Positions 1 to 12,347 of a stretch of 64,000 nt of DNA are shown piece after piece. The stretch is from an uncultured Bordetella sp. (GTDB lineage: Bacteria; Pseudomonadota; Gammaproteobacteria; Burkholderiales; SG8-39), in assembly GCA_964652785.1 (NCBI GenBank), contig CAZZDV010000001.1:116-64115 (forward strand). The letters are read 5' to 3'. Below the pieces are notes generated by a model that did not search any database, was not told the DNA's origin, and saw only the letters and a list, made by a program, of their open reading frames with translations. Position 1 is the first letter of the stretch. Every line of letters begins with the position of its first letter. Both the position numbers and the translations under genes were made by a program.

Positions 1-557
1 AGCCAGGGGTGGGGATACGACGTAATGCCCTTTCCGTCCACATCGCGGCGGAAATTGAGCAGCTGCTCTTCCGAGAGCCGGCCTTCGAGATAGGCGCGTG
101 CGTAGATGCCAGGCGCCGAGTGGCCTTGGAAATAGATCAGGTCACCGCCGTGGTCCTCGGTCGGCGCATGCCAGAAGTGGTTGAAGCCGATGCCGAACAG
201 CGTGCCCACGGAGGCGAAACTGGCGATGTGGCCGCCGAGGTCGCCGTCGGTCTTGTTGGCCTTGGCCACCATGACCATGGCGTTCCAGCGCGTGTACGAG
301 CGGATGCGCTCCTCGAGCGCGTGATCGCCGGGCGAGCGTTCCTCCAAGTGCGGAGGAATCGTGTTGAGGTAGGCGGTGTTCGCCGAAAACGGCAGGTAGG
401 CGCCGGAGCGGCGCGCGGTGTCGATCAGCTTTTGCAGCAGGAAATGGGCGCGCTCGGGTCCTTCGCGCTCCATGACGGCCTCGAGCGCGTCCAGCCACTC
501 CTTGGTTTCCTGCGAATCGGCGTCGTTGGCCGCTGGGAATTGGGGAACGGCAGACAT
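1..557 (-). CDS. aceE: Pyruvate dehydrogenase E1 component, N-terminal part (gene runs off the left edge of the window)
   Basis: My own reverse-strand translation from ATG at 557: MSAVPQFPAANDADSQETKEWLDALEAVMEREGPERAHFLLQKLIDTARRSGAYLPFSANTAYLNTIPP...GGHIASFAS..., a typical AceE N-terminus. Absent from the ORF track because there is no stop inside the window. Confidence 0.85.
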   Translation of the reverse strand, partial: MSAVPQFPAANDADSQETKEWLDALEAVMEREGPERAHFLLQKLIDTARRSGAYLPFSANTAYLNTIPPHLEERSPGDHALEERIRSYTRWNAMVMVAKANKTDGDLGGHIASFASVGTLFGIGFNHFWHAPTEDHGGDLIYFQGHSAPGIYARAYLEGRLSEEQLLNFRRDVDGKGITSYPHPW

Positions 558-794
558 GACTCCTCCAGCTTCGTGGCGTGGGCTGTCGAACGGAAAACGC
601 AGACAGGATTTTTATCCCGGGCGCGCGGGAATTTCCGTTGAAGCTTAATACGTTCAAGTGACCCGCACAAACTTGCGCCCTGTTCCCCGCGGTCTCGGTC
701 GAGGGCCAATTTTTCATATTGTAAAACGTTGTTCCGCATTATGCAATGAGACCGGGTGCTAAACTTCGGCCCCTTTTCAAGGCGCCGGCAGGCA

Positions 795-1643
795 ATGACC
801 GCTCGCATCATTGATGGAAAGGCGCATGCGGCAGTGTTGCGCGCCGAACTGAAAGTCGTCGCCGACGACCTCGTAAAGCGTGGAGTCGTGCCCGGACTGG
901 CGGTCGTCATCGTTGGGGACGACCCCGCCTCCCGTGCTTATGTGCGCAACAAAGTGCGCGCGTGCGAGGAAGCCGGCGTGCTCTCCGAGAAGCACGATTT
1001 TCCCATCGACACTACTGAATCAGCGCTGATCGCGCGCGTCCATGAGCTGAACGCCGATCCGCGTATCGACGCAATCCTGGTCCAGCTGCCCCTGCCACCG
1101 ACGGTGGACGAAGCGCGAGTCCTCGGCGCCGTGACTCCCGAAAAGGATGTGGACGGCTTTCATGTGCAAAGCGCCGGCGCCCTGCTGATCGGCGCGCCGG
1201 GGTTCGTGGCCTGTACGCCGGCCGGCATCATGTACCTGCTTGAAAAGGAAAAGATCCCGCTGGCCGGGCGGCGGGCCGTGGTGCTCGGGCGCAGCAACAT
1301 CGTGGGCAAGCCCATGGCGCTCCTTCTATTGCAAAAGGACGCCACGGTCACCATCTGTCACTCGAAGACGCCTGATCTCGCTGCTCATACCCGCACTGCG
1401 GACATCCTGATCGCCGCGGTCGGCCGGTTGAATCTTGTGGGCGCGGACATGGTCAAACCCGGTGCCTGCGTCATCGACGTGGGAACCAACCGCACCGCCG
1501 ATGGCAAGCTGCGCGGGGACGTGGATTTCGATCCGGTCTCCCAAGTGGCCGGCAGCATCACTCCGGTCCCGGGCGGCGTCGGCCCGATGACAGTTGCAAT
1601 GCTGGTAGCCAATACGCTTCGAGCCGCGGCCCGGCGAACCTAG
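795..1643 (+). CDS. folD: Bifunctional methylenetetrahydrofolate dehydrogenase/cyclohydrolase
   Basis: ORF 756..1643. Family-typical start [13 protein letters not shown] at the internal ATG 795. Also [15 protein letters not shown] and [14 protein letters not shown] motifs. Confidence 0.95.
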   Translation: MTARIIDGKAHAAVLRAELKVVADDLVKRGVVPGLAVVIVGDDPASRAYVRNKVRACEEAGVLSEKHDFPIDTTESALIARVHELNADPRIDAILVQLPLPPTVDEARVLGAVTPEKDVDGFHVQSAGALLIGAPGFVACTPAGIMYLLEKEKIPLAGRRAVVLGRSNIVGKPMALLLLQKDATVTICHSKTPDLAAHTRTADILIAAVGRLNLVGADMVKPGACVIDVGTNRTADGKLRGDVDFDPVSQVAGSITPVPGGVGPMTVAMLVANTLRAAARRT

Positions 1644-1655
1644 GATTGAGAGAGC

Positions 1656-3698
1656 ATGAACCCGTTACTTGATTTTTCCGGACTGCCGCGTTTCTCCGAA
1701 CTGAAGCCCGAACATGCAGCCCCTGCGCTCGACCAGTTGCTGGCCGAATCGCGCGGGGTGATTGCGCACATCTCCACGGATAAGGTTCCGGCGACCTGGG
1801 AAGCCTTCGTGCATCCGCTGGAAGACTCGACCGAGCACCTTTCGCGCGCGTGGGGCCAGGTCGAGCATCTGCATGCAGTGCTGGACAGCCCCGAATTGCG
1901 CACTGCGTACAACGCCGGGCTGCCGAGGGTCACCCAATTCTGGACGGAACTCGGCCAGAACCAGGCGCTTTTCGACAAGTACCGCGCGCTCCGGGCCTCC
2001 AAGGAATTCGAAGCGCTCGTGCCGGCACGCAAGAAACTTATCGAAAATTCGCTTCGGGATTTCCGCCTTGGTGGCGCCGAGCTGCCCGCTGAACTCAAGC
2101 CGCGGTATGCGGCGATCCAGGATGAACTGGCGGCCCTTTCGGCCAAGTTCTCCGAGAATGTGCTGGACGCGACCAACGCCTATGCGCTCGTGATCGAAGA
2201 CGAGAAGCGCCTCGCGGGCCTCCCCGGGGATGCGATCCAGGCTGCGCGCGAGGCCGCGGAGAAAGAGGGCAAGCCCGGCTGGAAATTCACGCTGCAGATG
2301 CCCTCCTACCTGCCCATCATGCAGTACGCGGAGGACCGCAATTTGCGCGAAACGCTTTACCGCGCCAGCGCCACGCGCGCCTCGGAGTTCGGCAAGGCCG
2401 AGTGGGACAACGCCCCGTTGATCGCGCGCATCCTCAAGCTGCGAAAGGAAGATGCGGCGCTCCTCGGCTACCCCAATTTTGCCGAAGTCTCGCTCGTGCC
2501 CAAGATGGCCAGGACGCCGAAGGAAGTGCTGGATTTCCTGCACGACCTCGCGCATCGCGCCCGACCGTTCGCGGAACGCGACCTGGTCCAGCTGCGCGAG
2601 TTCGCGAAGGACAAGCTCGGCCTCGATACACTCGAGTCGTGGGACATGACCTACGCCTCGGAGAAATTACGCGCCGAGCGCTACTCGTTCTCCGACCAGG
2701 AAGTGAAGCAGTACTTTCCCGAGACGCAGGTCGTCCCGGGCATGTTCAAGCTGGTGGAAACGCTTTACGGCGTGCGCCTGTCGGAGTCTTCTGCACCCAC
2801 GTGGCATGAGGATGTCCGATTCTTCGATATCCGCAACGCGGCCGGGGGCCTGATCGGCCAGTTCTACATCGACCTCTATGCGCGGGAAACCAAGCGCGGC
2901 GGTGCATGGATGGATGGCGCAATCACGCGGCGCCGGCAGGCCGATGGCATCCAGACACCGGTGGCCTACCTCAACTGCAACTTCACGCCTCCGGTGGGCG
3001 GCAAGCCCGCGCTCTTCACGCACGACGACGTCATCACCCTGTTCCACGAGACCGGCCACGGCCTGCACCACCTGCTCACTCAGGTCGAGGATCTCGGCGT
3101 TTCCGGGATCAACGGCGTGGAATGGGATGCGGTCGAGCTGCCCAGCCAGTTCATGGAGAACTTCTGCTGGGAGTGGGAAGTGCTGGAGCACATGACCAGT
3201 CACGTGGATACGGGCAAGCCGTTGCCCAGGGCCCTGTTTGAGAAGATGCTCGCGGCGAAGAATTTCCAGTCCGGTCTCGCGATGCTGCGCCAAGTAGAGT
3301 TCTCGGTCTTCGACATGCAACTGCATTTCGACTTCGATCCCGAAGCCGGCCGCAGCGCCCAGGACCTGCTCGAGGAAGTGCGCAGGGAGATCGCGGTGAT
3401 CACGCCGCCCTCGTACAACCGATTCCCGAATAACTTTTCGCACATCTTCGCCGGCGGCTATGCGGCGGGCTACTACAGCTACAAGTGGGCTGAAGTGCTT
3501 TCGGCCGACGCGTTCAGCGCGTTCGAGGAAATGCGCGCCGATCGGAGCGTCCTCGACTGCGCGACCGGCGCGCGGTTCCGCGACGAAGTGCTCGCGGTCG
3601 GTGGAAGCCGCACGGCGGCCGAATCGTTCCGAGCCTTCCGCGGTCGCGATCCGCAGGTCGATGCCCTCCTGCGGCATAACGGCATGATCCCTGCGTAG
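1656..3698 (+). CDS. prlC: Oligopeptidase A (M3 zinc metallopeptidase)
   Basis: 680 aa. HETGH zinc motif (LFHETGHGLHHLL) and overall M3 family resemblance. Confidence 0.9.
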   Translation: MNPLLDFSGLPRFSELKPEHAAPALDQLLAESRGVIAHISTDKVPATWEAFVHPLEDSTEHLSRAWGQVEHLHAVLDSPELRTAYNAGLPRVTQFWTELGQNQALFDKYRALRASKEFEALVPARKKLIENSLRDFRLGGAELPAELKPRYAAIQDELAALSAKFSENVLDATNAYALVIEDEKRLAGLPGDAIQAAREAAEKEGKPGWKFTLQMPSYLPIMQYAEDRNLRETLYRASATRASEFGKAEWDNAPLIARILKLRKEDAALLGYPNFAEVSLVPKMARTPKEVLDFLHDLAHRARPFAERDLVQLREFAKDKLGLDTLESWDMTYASEKLRAERYSFSDQEVKQYFPETQVVPGMFKLVETLYGVRLSESSAPTWHEDVRFFDIRNAAGGLIGQFYIDLYARETKRGGAWMDGAITRRRQADGIQTPVAYLNCNFTPPVGGKPALFTHDDVITLFHETGHGLHHLLTQVEDLGVSGINGVEWDAVELPSQFMENFCWEWEVLEHMTSHVDTGKPLPRALFEKMLAAKNFQSGLAMLRQVEFSVFDMQLHFDFDPEAGRSAQDLLEEVRREIAVITPPSYNRFPNNFSHIFAGGYAAGYYSYKWAEVLSADAFSAFEEMRADRSVLDCATGARFRDEVLAVGGSRTAAESFRAFRGRDPQVDALLRHNGMIPA

Positions 3699-3716
3699 TC
3701 CGGGTACCATTGCCGG

Positions 3717-4481
3717 ATGAAGCTGGCGACCTGGAACGTTAATTCGCTCAAGATCCGCCTCCAGCACCTGACCGACTGGCTGCACTCGGCGCAGCCCGAT
3801 GTGGTCTGCCTTCAGGAGCTCAAGCTGGAGGATGTGAAGTTTCCGCGCGACGAGCTCGCGGCGGTCGGCTACGCATCGGTCTTCTCCGGACAGAAAACCT
3901 ACAACGGCGTGGCGATCCTCGCTCGCAGCCCGCTCAATGATGTCCAGATGGGCATTCCCGCGTTCGTGCATGAGCACAAGCGGGTCATCGCAGCCACGGT
4001 GGATGGCGTACGGGTCATCTGCCTGTATGCGCCCAACGGGCAGGCGGTCGGCTCCGAAAAGTACGTATACAAGCTGCAGTGGTATGCGGCGCTTCGCGAG
4101 TGGCTCAAGGATGAGCTCACACGCCATCACCAGCTCGCTGTGCTTGGCGACCTCAACATCGCGCCCGAGGACCGCGACGTGCACGACCCCAAGCTATGGG
4201 AAGGCCAGACCCATGTTTCCGAGCCCGAGCGCGCCGAGTTCCGCGCGCTGCTCGACCTGGGCCTCAAGGATTCCTTCCGCCTGTTCGAGCAGGCGGAGAA
4301 ATCGTTTTCGTGGTGGGATTACCGCATGGTCGCGTTCCGGCGGAACGCCGGTTTGCGCATCGACTTCATCCTGCTATCCGAGGCGCTCGCGGCACGCTGT
4401 ACTTCATGCGCCATCGACAAGGCGCCCCGCAAGCTCGAAAGGCCCAGCGACCATACCCCGGTCGTGGTCGAGCTCTCCTGA
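3717..4481 (+). CDS. xthA: Exodeoxyribonuclease III
   Basis: 254 aa. [15 protein letters not shown]...LQELK...DHTPVVVEL is typical of the ExoIII/AP endonuclease family. Confidence 0.9.
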   Translation: MKLATWNVNSLKIRLQHLTDWLHSAQPDVVCLQELKLEDVKFPRDELAAVGYASVFSGQKTYNGVAILARSPLNDVQMGIPAFVHEHKRVIAATVDGVRVICLYAPNGQAVGSEKYVYKLQWYAALREWLKDELTRHHQLAVLGDLNIAPEDRDVHDPKLWEGQTHVSEPERAEFRALLDLGLKDSFRLFEQAEKSFSWWDYRMVAFRRNAGLRIDFILLSEALAARCTSCAIDKAPRKLERPSDHTPVVVELS

Positions 4482-4546
4482 CATTTTTAGCTTCAACTCC
4501 GCGCCAGGAGCGGCTCTCCAGCCGGACTTCCTGACATCCACCGGCT

Positions 4547-6139
<1,593 letters not shown>

Positions 6140-6230
6140 GGACAATCCTCTATTGCTCTGCACAAAAGGAAGCGGGATTGTACCTTGCGATTCCGCATAG
6201 TGAAATCTGCGGAATGCGCACAGGACTATT

Positions 6231-7628
6231 TTAGGCCGCGTCCTTGTCCTCGATCCCCAGTTCCTGGATCTTGCGGGTGATGGTGTTGCGCCCCATGCCA
6301 AGCAGCGTTGCGGCTTCGATGCGCCGTCCGCCCGTCTTGGCCAGTGCCTTGATTATCAGTGACTTCTCGAACTGCCGGCCGAGCATGTCGAGAATGCCGC
6401 TTTCCCCACGCCCCAACCGCCGCTCGACTTCCTGCTCGAGCGCCGCGACCCAGTCGGAAGAGACCGCCACCGCACCCTGCTCGCGGAATTCCGCGGGAAG
6501 GTCGCCGATATCGATCACTTGCCCCGGCGCCATGACAGTAAGCCAGTGGGAGAGGTTTTCGAGCTGCCGGACGTTGCCGGGGAAATCGAGCCTGGCGATG
6601 TGTTCGACGACCTCGTCCGAGAGCCGCTTTGGATCCACGCCAAGCTGGGCCGCGCTGCGGGTCAGGAAATGACGCGCGAGCAACGGAATATCTTCCCTGC
6701 GCTCGCGCATCGCGGGGAGTCGGATCCGGATGACGTTGAGGCGGTGATAGAGGTCTTCGCGGAAACTGCCTTCGCGCACTCGCGCGTCGAGGTTCTGGTG
6801 GGTTGCCGCGATTACGCGCACGTTGGTCTTGATCTGCTGATGGCCGCCGACGCGATAGAAGCTTCCGTCCGAAAGCACGCGCAGGAGGCGCGTCTGGAGA
6901 TCGGCCGGCATGTCGCCGATTTCGTCGAGGAAAAGCGTGCCACCCTCAGCCTGCTCGAAACGTCCGCGGCGCTGCGCCTGCGCGCCGGTAAACGAACCGC
7001 GCTCATGGCCGAACAATTCGGACTCGAGGAGATCCTTGGGCATCGCCGCGGTGTTGATCGCGACGAACGGTTTGGATGCGCGCGCACTATGCCGGTGCAA
7101 CGCCCGCGCCACCAGCTCCTTGCCCGACCCGGATTCACCCGTGATGAGAACGGTCGCCGTCGATTGCGAGAGGCGGCCGATGGCTCGAAACACTTCCTGC
7201 ATCGCCGGCGCCTGACCGAGGATTTCGGGCGCCTCTGCCACGGGCTCGAGCGCCGCGGCTTCACGCTGGCTTTCGTCGAGCGCCCTGCGGATCAGGTCTA
7301 CGGCCTGGTCAACGTCAAAGGGCTTAGGGAGGTATTCGTACGCGCCGCCTTGGAACGCGGCGACCGCCGACTCGAGGTCGGAGTACGCGGTCATCACGAT
7401 GACCGGAACGCTCGGATGCCGCTCCTTCACTGTCTGCAGGAGCTGCAGGCCGGAAGGACCAGGCATCCGGATATCGGACACCAGCACTTGCGGCGGCCCA
7501 TTGCTCAGCGCATCGAGCGCATCGGAGGCGGACGGGAAAGACAAGAATGCGATGCCCTCGCGTCCGAGGGCTTTTTCGAACACCCAACGGATTGAGCGGT
7601 CATCATCGACGATCCAGACTGGCTTCAT
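6231..7628 (-). CDS. ntrC: Nitrogen regulation response regulator NtrC (sigma54-dependent activator)
   Basis: 465 aa. Receiver domain ([12 protein letters not shown]), AAA+ sigma54-interaction domain ([23 protein letters not shown]) and C-terminal Fis-type HTH. Confidence 0.9.
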   Translation of the reverse strand: MKPVWIVDDDRSIRWVFEKALGREGIAFLSFPSASDALDALSNGPPQVLVSDIRMPGPSGLQLLQTVKERHPSVPVIVMTAYSDLESAVAAFQGGAYEYLPKPFDVDQAVDLIRRALDESQREAAALEPVAEAPEILGQAPAMQEVFRAIGRLSQSTATVLITGESGSGKELVARALHRHSARASKPFVAINTAAMPKDLLESELFGHERGSFTGAQAQRRGRFEQAEGGTLFLDEIGDMPADLQTRLLRVLSDGSFYRVGGHQQIKTNVRVIAATHQNLDARVREGSFREDLYHRLNVIRIRLPAMRERREDIPLLARHFLTRSAAQLGVDPKRLSDEVVEHIARLDFPGNVRQLENLSHWLTVMAPGQVIDIGDLPAEFREQGAVAVSSDWVAALEQEVERRLGRGESGILDMLGRQFEKSLIIKALAKTGGRRIEAATLLGMGRNTITRKIQELGIEDKDAA

Positions 7629-7658
7629 CTGCTTCCAAGCATGCGCCGCGCCCCCGGA

Positions 7659-8732
7659 TCACCCGAGGGGCAGCAGGATTGTGAACACGGTGCGGCCGGG
7701 CCGGCTCTCACATTCGATCATCCCCTGGTGATACTGGACGAAAGTCTGCGCCAGCGAGAGGCCTAGACCGCTGCCCCCCTCGCGCCCGGACACGAGGGGA
7801 TTGAATATCTTTTCGCGAATCTCCTGTGCGACGCCGGGGCCGTCGTCGATCACTTGCAATTCTAGTGCCAGCTTGTGCCGCTGCCGCACGATCGTAATCT
7901 GGCGCGCAATCCGGGTGCGGAACTCGATCGTCCCACCGACCGAGGGGTCTTTCACCCGCCTCTCAGGATGACCCGGCCGCAGGGCCTGGGCGGCGTTTCG
8001 CGCGATATTGAGGGTGGCCTGGATCAGCTGCTCCTTGTCGCCGATCAGCTCGGGGACGCTCACGTCGTAGTTGCGCCGGATCGTGATGCCGTCGGAAAAC
8101 TCCGCAAGGATCAGGCTGCGCACCCGCTCCAGGATCTCGTGCACGTTGAGCGGGGCGAGGCGCGGCGTGCGATGCGGCGTCAACAGGCGGTCCATGAGCG
8201 CCTGCAGGCGATCGGCCTCCTTGATGATGACCTGGGTGTATTCCTTGAGGTCGGGCTTGTCGAGTTCCCGCTCCAGCAACTGCGCAGACCCGCGAAGCCC
8301 GCCCAGCGGATTCTTGATCTCGTGGGCAAGGTTACGGATGAGTTCGCGATTCGCCGCCTGCTGGTCGATCATCCGCTCCTCGCGGGCGATGCGCAGCTGC
8401 TGTTCGATCGGGCGCAATTCGACGAGCAACGGCGTTTCCGCCAGCGAGATATGGGCCACCATGGCCACGAGCGCGAGGGGTTCATGGCTTGCGCGAAGGT
8501 ACGAGACGTTGCGCGCGGAGTAGTCCCAGTGGCTGGCGAGCGCGTCCTCGAGCGTTTTGCCAAGCTCCGTCTGCTCAGCGAACAAGGGGACGAATGGCTG
8601 GCCGAGCAGGCTCTTGACGCCCGTATCGAGCAGGCTTTCCGCCGCGGGATTGACGTAGCGGACGACGAACTCTTCGTCGAGGACGGCCACCGCGGTCGGC
8701 AGCAGCTCCAGCCCGGAAAACTGGGCGCTCAT
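7659..8732 (-). CDS. ntrB: Nitrogen regulation sensor histidine kinase NtrB
   Basis: 357 aa. PAS-like N-terminus, H-box LAHEIKNPLGG and an HATPase C-terminus. Lies directly upstream of ntrC. Confidence 0.85.
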   Translation of the reverse strand: MSAQFSGLELLPTAVAVLDEEFVVRYVNPAAESLLDTGVKSLLGQPFVPLFAEQTELGKTLEDALASHWDYSARNVSYLRASHEPLALVAMVAHISLAETPLLVELRPIEQQLRIAREERMIDQQAANRELIRNLAHEIKNPLGGLRGSAQLLERELDKPDLKEYTQVIIKEADRLQALMDRLLTPHRTPRLAPLNVHEILERVRSLILAEFSDGITIRRNYDVSVPELIGDKEQLIQATLNIARNAAQALRPGHPERRVKDPSVGGTIEFRTRIARQITIVRQRHKLALELQVIDDGPGVAQEIREKIFNPLVSGREGGSGLGLSLAQTFVQYHQGMIECESRPGRTVFTILLPLG

Positions 8733-8739
8733 GGACGGC

Positions 8740-9267
8740 CTACCTCAGCTTGCCGAGCTCCTTGCGCAGCTCTTCCGCGTTCTTCGCGTGCAGCTCGACG
8801 TTGTCCTTGTACTTCTGCAGCCGCTCGAGGACCTTGGCGTAGTTCCTCTCGTCGCCTGTGCGGATCGATTCCTGTTCGCTCAGTTCGGCGCGCGCCTTCG
8901 TAAGCATGGCCTCTTCGCTCGCAAGCTCCGACTCCAGGGTTGCACGCTGCCTTTGCTTTGCATCGGCGCGCTGGCCAGTAGTTTCCTTGGGGAAACCGGC
9001 CGGCGATGGGGCTTTGGAAGTGGCCTTGGGAGCAGAAGGCGGAGGCGCTACGGTCACGCGCTGGGTCTGGATGACCTTGCAATCCTTGCCGCTGGTTTCG
9101 TCCTTCACGTTGGTGACGTGAGTCTTGCCTGTCGCATCCATGCAGCGCCAGATCGTCTGGATTTCTCCAGCGCCCGCGCCAGCGGCAGCGCCCTGGGCCT
9201 GGACGAGCTGCGCCACAGCCATCAGGCCGGCGACTGCCAGACCCCGTGTGCATATGGGATGCATCAT
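8740..9267 (-). CDS. Secreted DUF4124-like protein with a C-terminal coiled coil
   Basis: 175 aa. Signal peptide (LAVAGLMAVAQLVQAQG), then the WRCMDATGKTHVTNV motif typical of DUF4124, then a charged helical tail. Ends 7 nt before the ntrB ATG, with GAGG inside its 3' end. Confidence 0.6.
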   Translation of the reverse strand: MMHPICTRGLAVAGLMAVAQLVQAQGAAAGAGAGEIQTIWRCMDATGKTHVTNVKDETSGKDCKVIQTQRVTVAPPPSAPKATSKAPSPAGFPKETTGQRADAKQRQRATLESELASEEAMLTKARAELSEQESIRTGDERNYAKVLERLQKYKDNVELHAKNAEELRKELGKLR

Positions 9268-9334
9268 CCAGAAGAAACCTTAAGTGAGGGCAACAAGTGT
9301 ATGTTACGCATCCGGAATTTTCAATCAACGCCGG

Positions 9335-9366
9335 AAAATGAAAAAGGACGGGCCAAGCCCGTCCTT
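9335..9366 (-). terminator. Rho-independent terminator downstream of glnA
   Basis: On the minus strand, AGGACGGGC-TTG-GCCCGTCCT is followed by TTTTTCATTTT, just 3' of the glnA stop. Confidence 0.6.
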
Positions 9367-9407
9367 TCCTTAACGCACGACCTTCGCTTTGGGTGACTAT
9401 CCGCCGC

Positions 9408-10820
9408 TCAGGACGAGTAATACATCTCGAACTCGACCGGGTGCGTTGTCATGCGAAAGCGCGTGACTTCGATCATCTTGAGGTCGATATAGGCATCGAT
9501 GAAGTCATCGGAGAACACGCCGCCCTTGGTCAGGAAGGCGCGGTCAGCGTCGAGAGACTCGAGGGCCTGATCCAGCGACGAGCACACGTTCGGGACCTTC
9601 TTGGCTTCTTCAGGGGGAAGGTCGTAAAGGTTCTTGTCGATCGGGTCTCCGGGATGGATCTTGTTCTGCACGCCATCCAGGCCCGCCATCAGCAGTGCTG
9701 CGAAGGCCATGTACGAGTTGGCTGTCGGGTCAGGGAAGCGGACTTCGACACGGCGCGCCTTCGGGCTGTTGACGAAAGGGATGCGGCAGGACGCCGAGCG
9801 GTTGCGAGCCGAGTACGCCAGGTTGATCGGCGCCTCAAAACCGGGAACCAGGCGCTTATAGCTGTTGGTGCCCGGATTGGTAATCGCGTTCAGCGCTTTC
9901 GCGTGCTTGATGATGCCGCCGATGTAATACAGCGCGAATTCCGACAGGCCAGCATAGCCGCTGCCGGCGAACAGGTTCTCGCCACCCTTCCAGACCGATT
10001 GGTGCACGTGCATGCCGGAACCGTTGTCGCCAACGATAGGCTTGGGCATGAACGTCGCCGTCTTGCCGTACGACGCCGCCACATTCCACACCGTGTACTT
10101 GAGGATCTGCATCCAGTCCGCGCGCTGAACCAGCGGGGCGAACTTGGTGCCGATCTCGCACTGCCCGGGGGCCGCGACTTCGTGGTGATGGACTTCGACT
10201 TCGACACCTTGCTGCTCGAGCGCAATGCACATGGCGTTGCGAATGTCTTGAAGGGTGTCTACCGGCGCTACAGGAAAGTAGCCGCCCTTGATCGGCGCGC
10301 GATGGCCCATGTTGCCCGACTCGTAGTCGATGCTGGACGACCACGGGGCTTCTTCGGAACGGATCTTCACCGCGCAGCCCGACATATCCACATTCCAGGT
10401 CACGCCGTCGAAGACGAAAAATTCCGGCTCCGGGCCGAAATACGCCGTGTCTCCGAGTCCGGAGGACTTGAGGTACGCCTCGGCGCGCTTCGCAATGCCG
10501 CGCGGGCAGCGATCATAGGGCTTGCCGTCGGAAGGCTCGACCACGTCGCACGAGATGTTGAGGACCGGCTCATCGTTGAACGGGTCCAGGCGCGCGCTGT
10601 TCGGGTCCGGCATCAGCAACATGTCGGAGGCTTGAATACCTTTCCATCCGGCGATCGACGAGCCGTCGAAAGCATGGCCGGATTCGAATTTGTCCATGGT
10701 GAAATACTTGGCCGGCACGGTCACGTGCTGTTCTTTTCCGAGCGTGTCGGTAAAACGGAAGTCGACGAACTTGACCTCCTTCTCCTTGGCCAACTTCAAT
10801 ACATCGGCTGCCGATGGCAT
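9408..10820 (-). CDS. glnA: Glutamine synthetase, type I
   Basis: 470 aa. The sequence matches GlnA end to end, including the adenylylation-region NLYDLPPEE. Confidence 0.95.
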   Translation of the reverse strand: MPSAADVLKLAKEKEVKFVDFRFTDTLGKEQHVTVPAKYFTMDKFESGHAFDGSSIAGWKGIQASDMLLMPDPNSARLDPFNDEPVLNISCDVVEPSDGKPYDRCPRGIAKRAEAYLKSSGLGDTAYFGPEPEFFVFDGVTWNVDMSGCAVKIRSEEAPWSSSIDYESGNMGHRAPIKGGYFPVAPVDTLQDIRNAMCIALEQQGVEVEVHHHEVAAPGQCEIGTKFAPLVQRADWMQILKYTVWNVAASYGKTATFMPKPIVGDNGSGMHVHQSVWKGGENLFAGSGYAGLSEFALYYIGGIIKHAKALNAITNPGTNSYKRLVPGFEAPINLAYSARNRSASCRIPFVNSPKARRVEVRFPDPTANSYMAFAALLMAGLDGVQNKIHPGDPIDKNLYDLPPEEAKKVPNVCSSLDQALESLDADRAFLTKGGVFSDDFIDAYIDLKMIEVTRFRMTTHPVEFEMYYSS

Positions 10821-10885
10821 TTAACTCTCCCTGAAGATGCGAATAAAAAAAGCGGAACCGGCCTGAGGGCCGGACAACGGAATCG

Positions 10886-10901
10886 AGCAGTTTCCATGCC
10901 A
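10886..10901 (-). promoter_or_regulatory. Candidate sigma54 (-24/-12) promoter of glnA
   Basis: The minus strand reads TGGCATGGAAACTGCT, against the consensus TGGCAC-N5-TTGCW. GG and GC are correctly spaced. The element lies about 65 nt upstream of the glnA ATG. Confidence 0.55.
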
Positions 10902-10965
10902 AACAGAAAACCGGGTGAGTTCCCTGCTTGCAAACAACCCCCCAAAGGGATTCTACAGAAAGAAA

Positions 10966-11013
10966 ACGCACCGTTTCAATGCGCCCGGAGTCGCTTTGCA
11001 CCACGACGGGGCT
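10966..11013. promoter_or_regulatory. Two candidate NtrC enhancer sites upstream of glnA
   Basis: CGCACCGTTTCAATGCG (10966-10982) and TGCACCACGACGGGGCT (10997-11013) resemble TGCACC-N5-GGTGCA. Their centres are about 31 bp apart and about 70-110 bp upstream of the -24 element. Both are imperfect matches. Confidence 0.35.
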
Positions 11014-11079
11014 ATGGACGCACCAGTCTGAAAAGGTGCCGGCGCAGCCCTATAATCGCCCATCCACGAGGACCTCGTC

Positions 11080-11526
11080 ATGGCTGACCCCGAATCGATC
11101 AAGAAAATTGCGCGCCAGCGCGCGACGGAACTGAGACTTCCCTATGCGGGAGCATTGCTCCCCAAAGAGGCGCAGGCCCTGATGGAGGCCGGGGCGAAAC
11201 TGGTCGATGTGCGGACCAAGGCCGAGCTCGAATGGGTCGGCCGGGTGCCCGGATCGGCGGCAGTGGAGTGGAATTCCTGGCCTGGCGGCAAACCGAATCC
11301 CGAGTTCCTGCAGCAGCTCGAGTCCCAGGTCAGCAAACAAACGCCGGTCATGTTCCTTTGCCGCTCAGGCGGACGCTCGCATAACGCGGCTGTCGCGGCG
11401 GCACAGGCCGGCTATCCGGAGGCCTATAACGTCCTCGAGGGATTCGAGGGCGACAAGGATTCCGAAGGCCACCGCAACGTTTCGGGGGGGTGGCGCGTGG
11501 CTGGGCTTGCCTGGGTCCAGGGTTAA
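11080..11526 (+). CDS. Rhodanese-like domain protein
   Basis: 148 aa with the active-site loop CRSGGRS. Confidence 0.8.
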   Translation: MADPESIKKIARQRATELRLPYAGALLPKEAQALMEAGAKLVDVRTKAELEWVGRVPGSAAVEWNSWPGGKPNPEFLQQLESQVSKQTPVMFLCRSGGRSHNAAVAAAQAGYPEAYNVLEGFEGDKDSEGHRNVSGGWRVAGLAWVQG

Positions 11527-12347
11527 CCGGCCGACCAGTTCACGACGCCGGTATACGCGGTCAGCAGGACCGCAATCCCGAAAATGATGCGATACCAGGC
11601 GAATACGGTGAAGTCGTGGGTGGTGATGTAACGCAATAGCCAGCGCACGCACAGGAAAGCCGAGATGAAGGCGGTGATCCCGCCGACGGCGAACAGGCCG
11701 ATGTCGTTCACGCTGAGCAGCGCCCGGTTCTTGAACAAGTCGTACGCGCCGGCCGCAATCAGTGTCGGCACCGCAAGGAAAAACGAAAACTCGGTGGCGG
11801 CTCGGCGCGAAAGGCCGAACATCATGCCCCCGACGATGGTCGCGCCCGAGCGCGACGTGCCGGGAATGAGCGCAAACGCCTGCGCACACCCGACTTTCAG
11901 CGCGTCCTTCCACGTCATGTCATCGACGTTCTCCACGCGCACCTTGCGCGGCCGTCGCTCGATCCACAGGATGATGAGGCCACCGATCACGAAGGCCAGC
12001 GCCACGGGCACAGGCTTGAAGAGCTGCGCCTTGATCATTTTCCCAAAGATAAGTCCTAGAACCGCAGCCGGCATGAACGCAATGACGAGGTTGGTCATGA
12101 ATCGCCGGGCCGCCGGATCGCTGAACATGCCGCTCAGCACTTTCGCAAAGCGCGCCCGGTATTCCCAGATGATGGCCATCATCGCGCCCGTCTGGATCAC
12201 CATGTCGAAAACCTTGGCCCGGTCGTCGTTGAAGCCGAGCAGGTCGCCGGCCAGGATCAGGTGCCCGGTGCTCGAGATCGGCAGGAACTCGGTCAGCCCC
12301 TCGACGACCCCGAGGACGATCGCGCAAACCCAGTCGTGAAGCGTCAT
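11523..12347 (-). CDS. uppP: Undecaprenyl-diphosphate phosphatase
   Basis: 274 aa polytopic membrane protein. [18 protein letters not shown] and [10 protein letters not shown] are BacA/UppP motifs. Confidence 0.9.
   Translation of the reverse strand: MTLHDWVCAIVLGVVEGLTEFLPISSTGHLILAGDLLGFNDDRAKVFDMVIQTGAMMAIIWEYRARFAKVLSGMFSDPAARRFMTNLVIAFMPAAVLGLIFGKMIKAQLFKPVPVALAFVIGGLIILWIERRPRKVRVENVDDMTWKDALKVGCAQAFALIPGTSRSGATIVGGMMFGLSRRAATEFSFFLAVPTLIAAGAYDLFKNRALLSVNDIGLFAVGGITAFISAFLCVRWLLRYITTHDFTVFAWYRIIFGIAVLLTAYTGVVNWSAG

Noticed and set aside
2667-4184. 505-aa ORF on the - strand
   Set aside because: Antisense to prlC and xthA, with no recognisable motifs. It is a high-GC shadow ORF. The same reasoning applies to 1665-2555(-), 5345-6280(+), 6519-7595(+), 7875-8903(+), 14559-15470(+), 19583-20620(-), 28612-29763(+), 41464-42399(-), 56206-57387(+), 58807-59847(+) and 59639-60583(-).
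9393-11087. 564-aa ORF on the + strand
   Set aside because: It lies entirely antisense to glnA (whose translation is unmistakable). Its own translation is Arg/Ala/Gly-rich low-complexity sequence typical of shadow ORFs in high-GC DNA.
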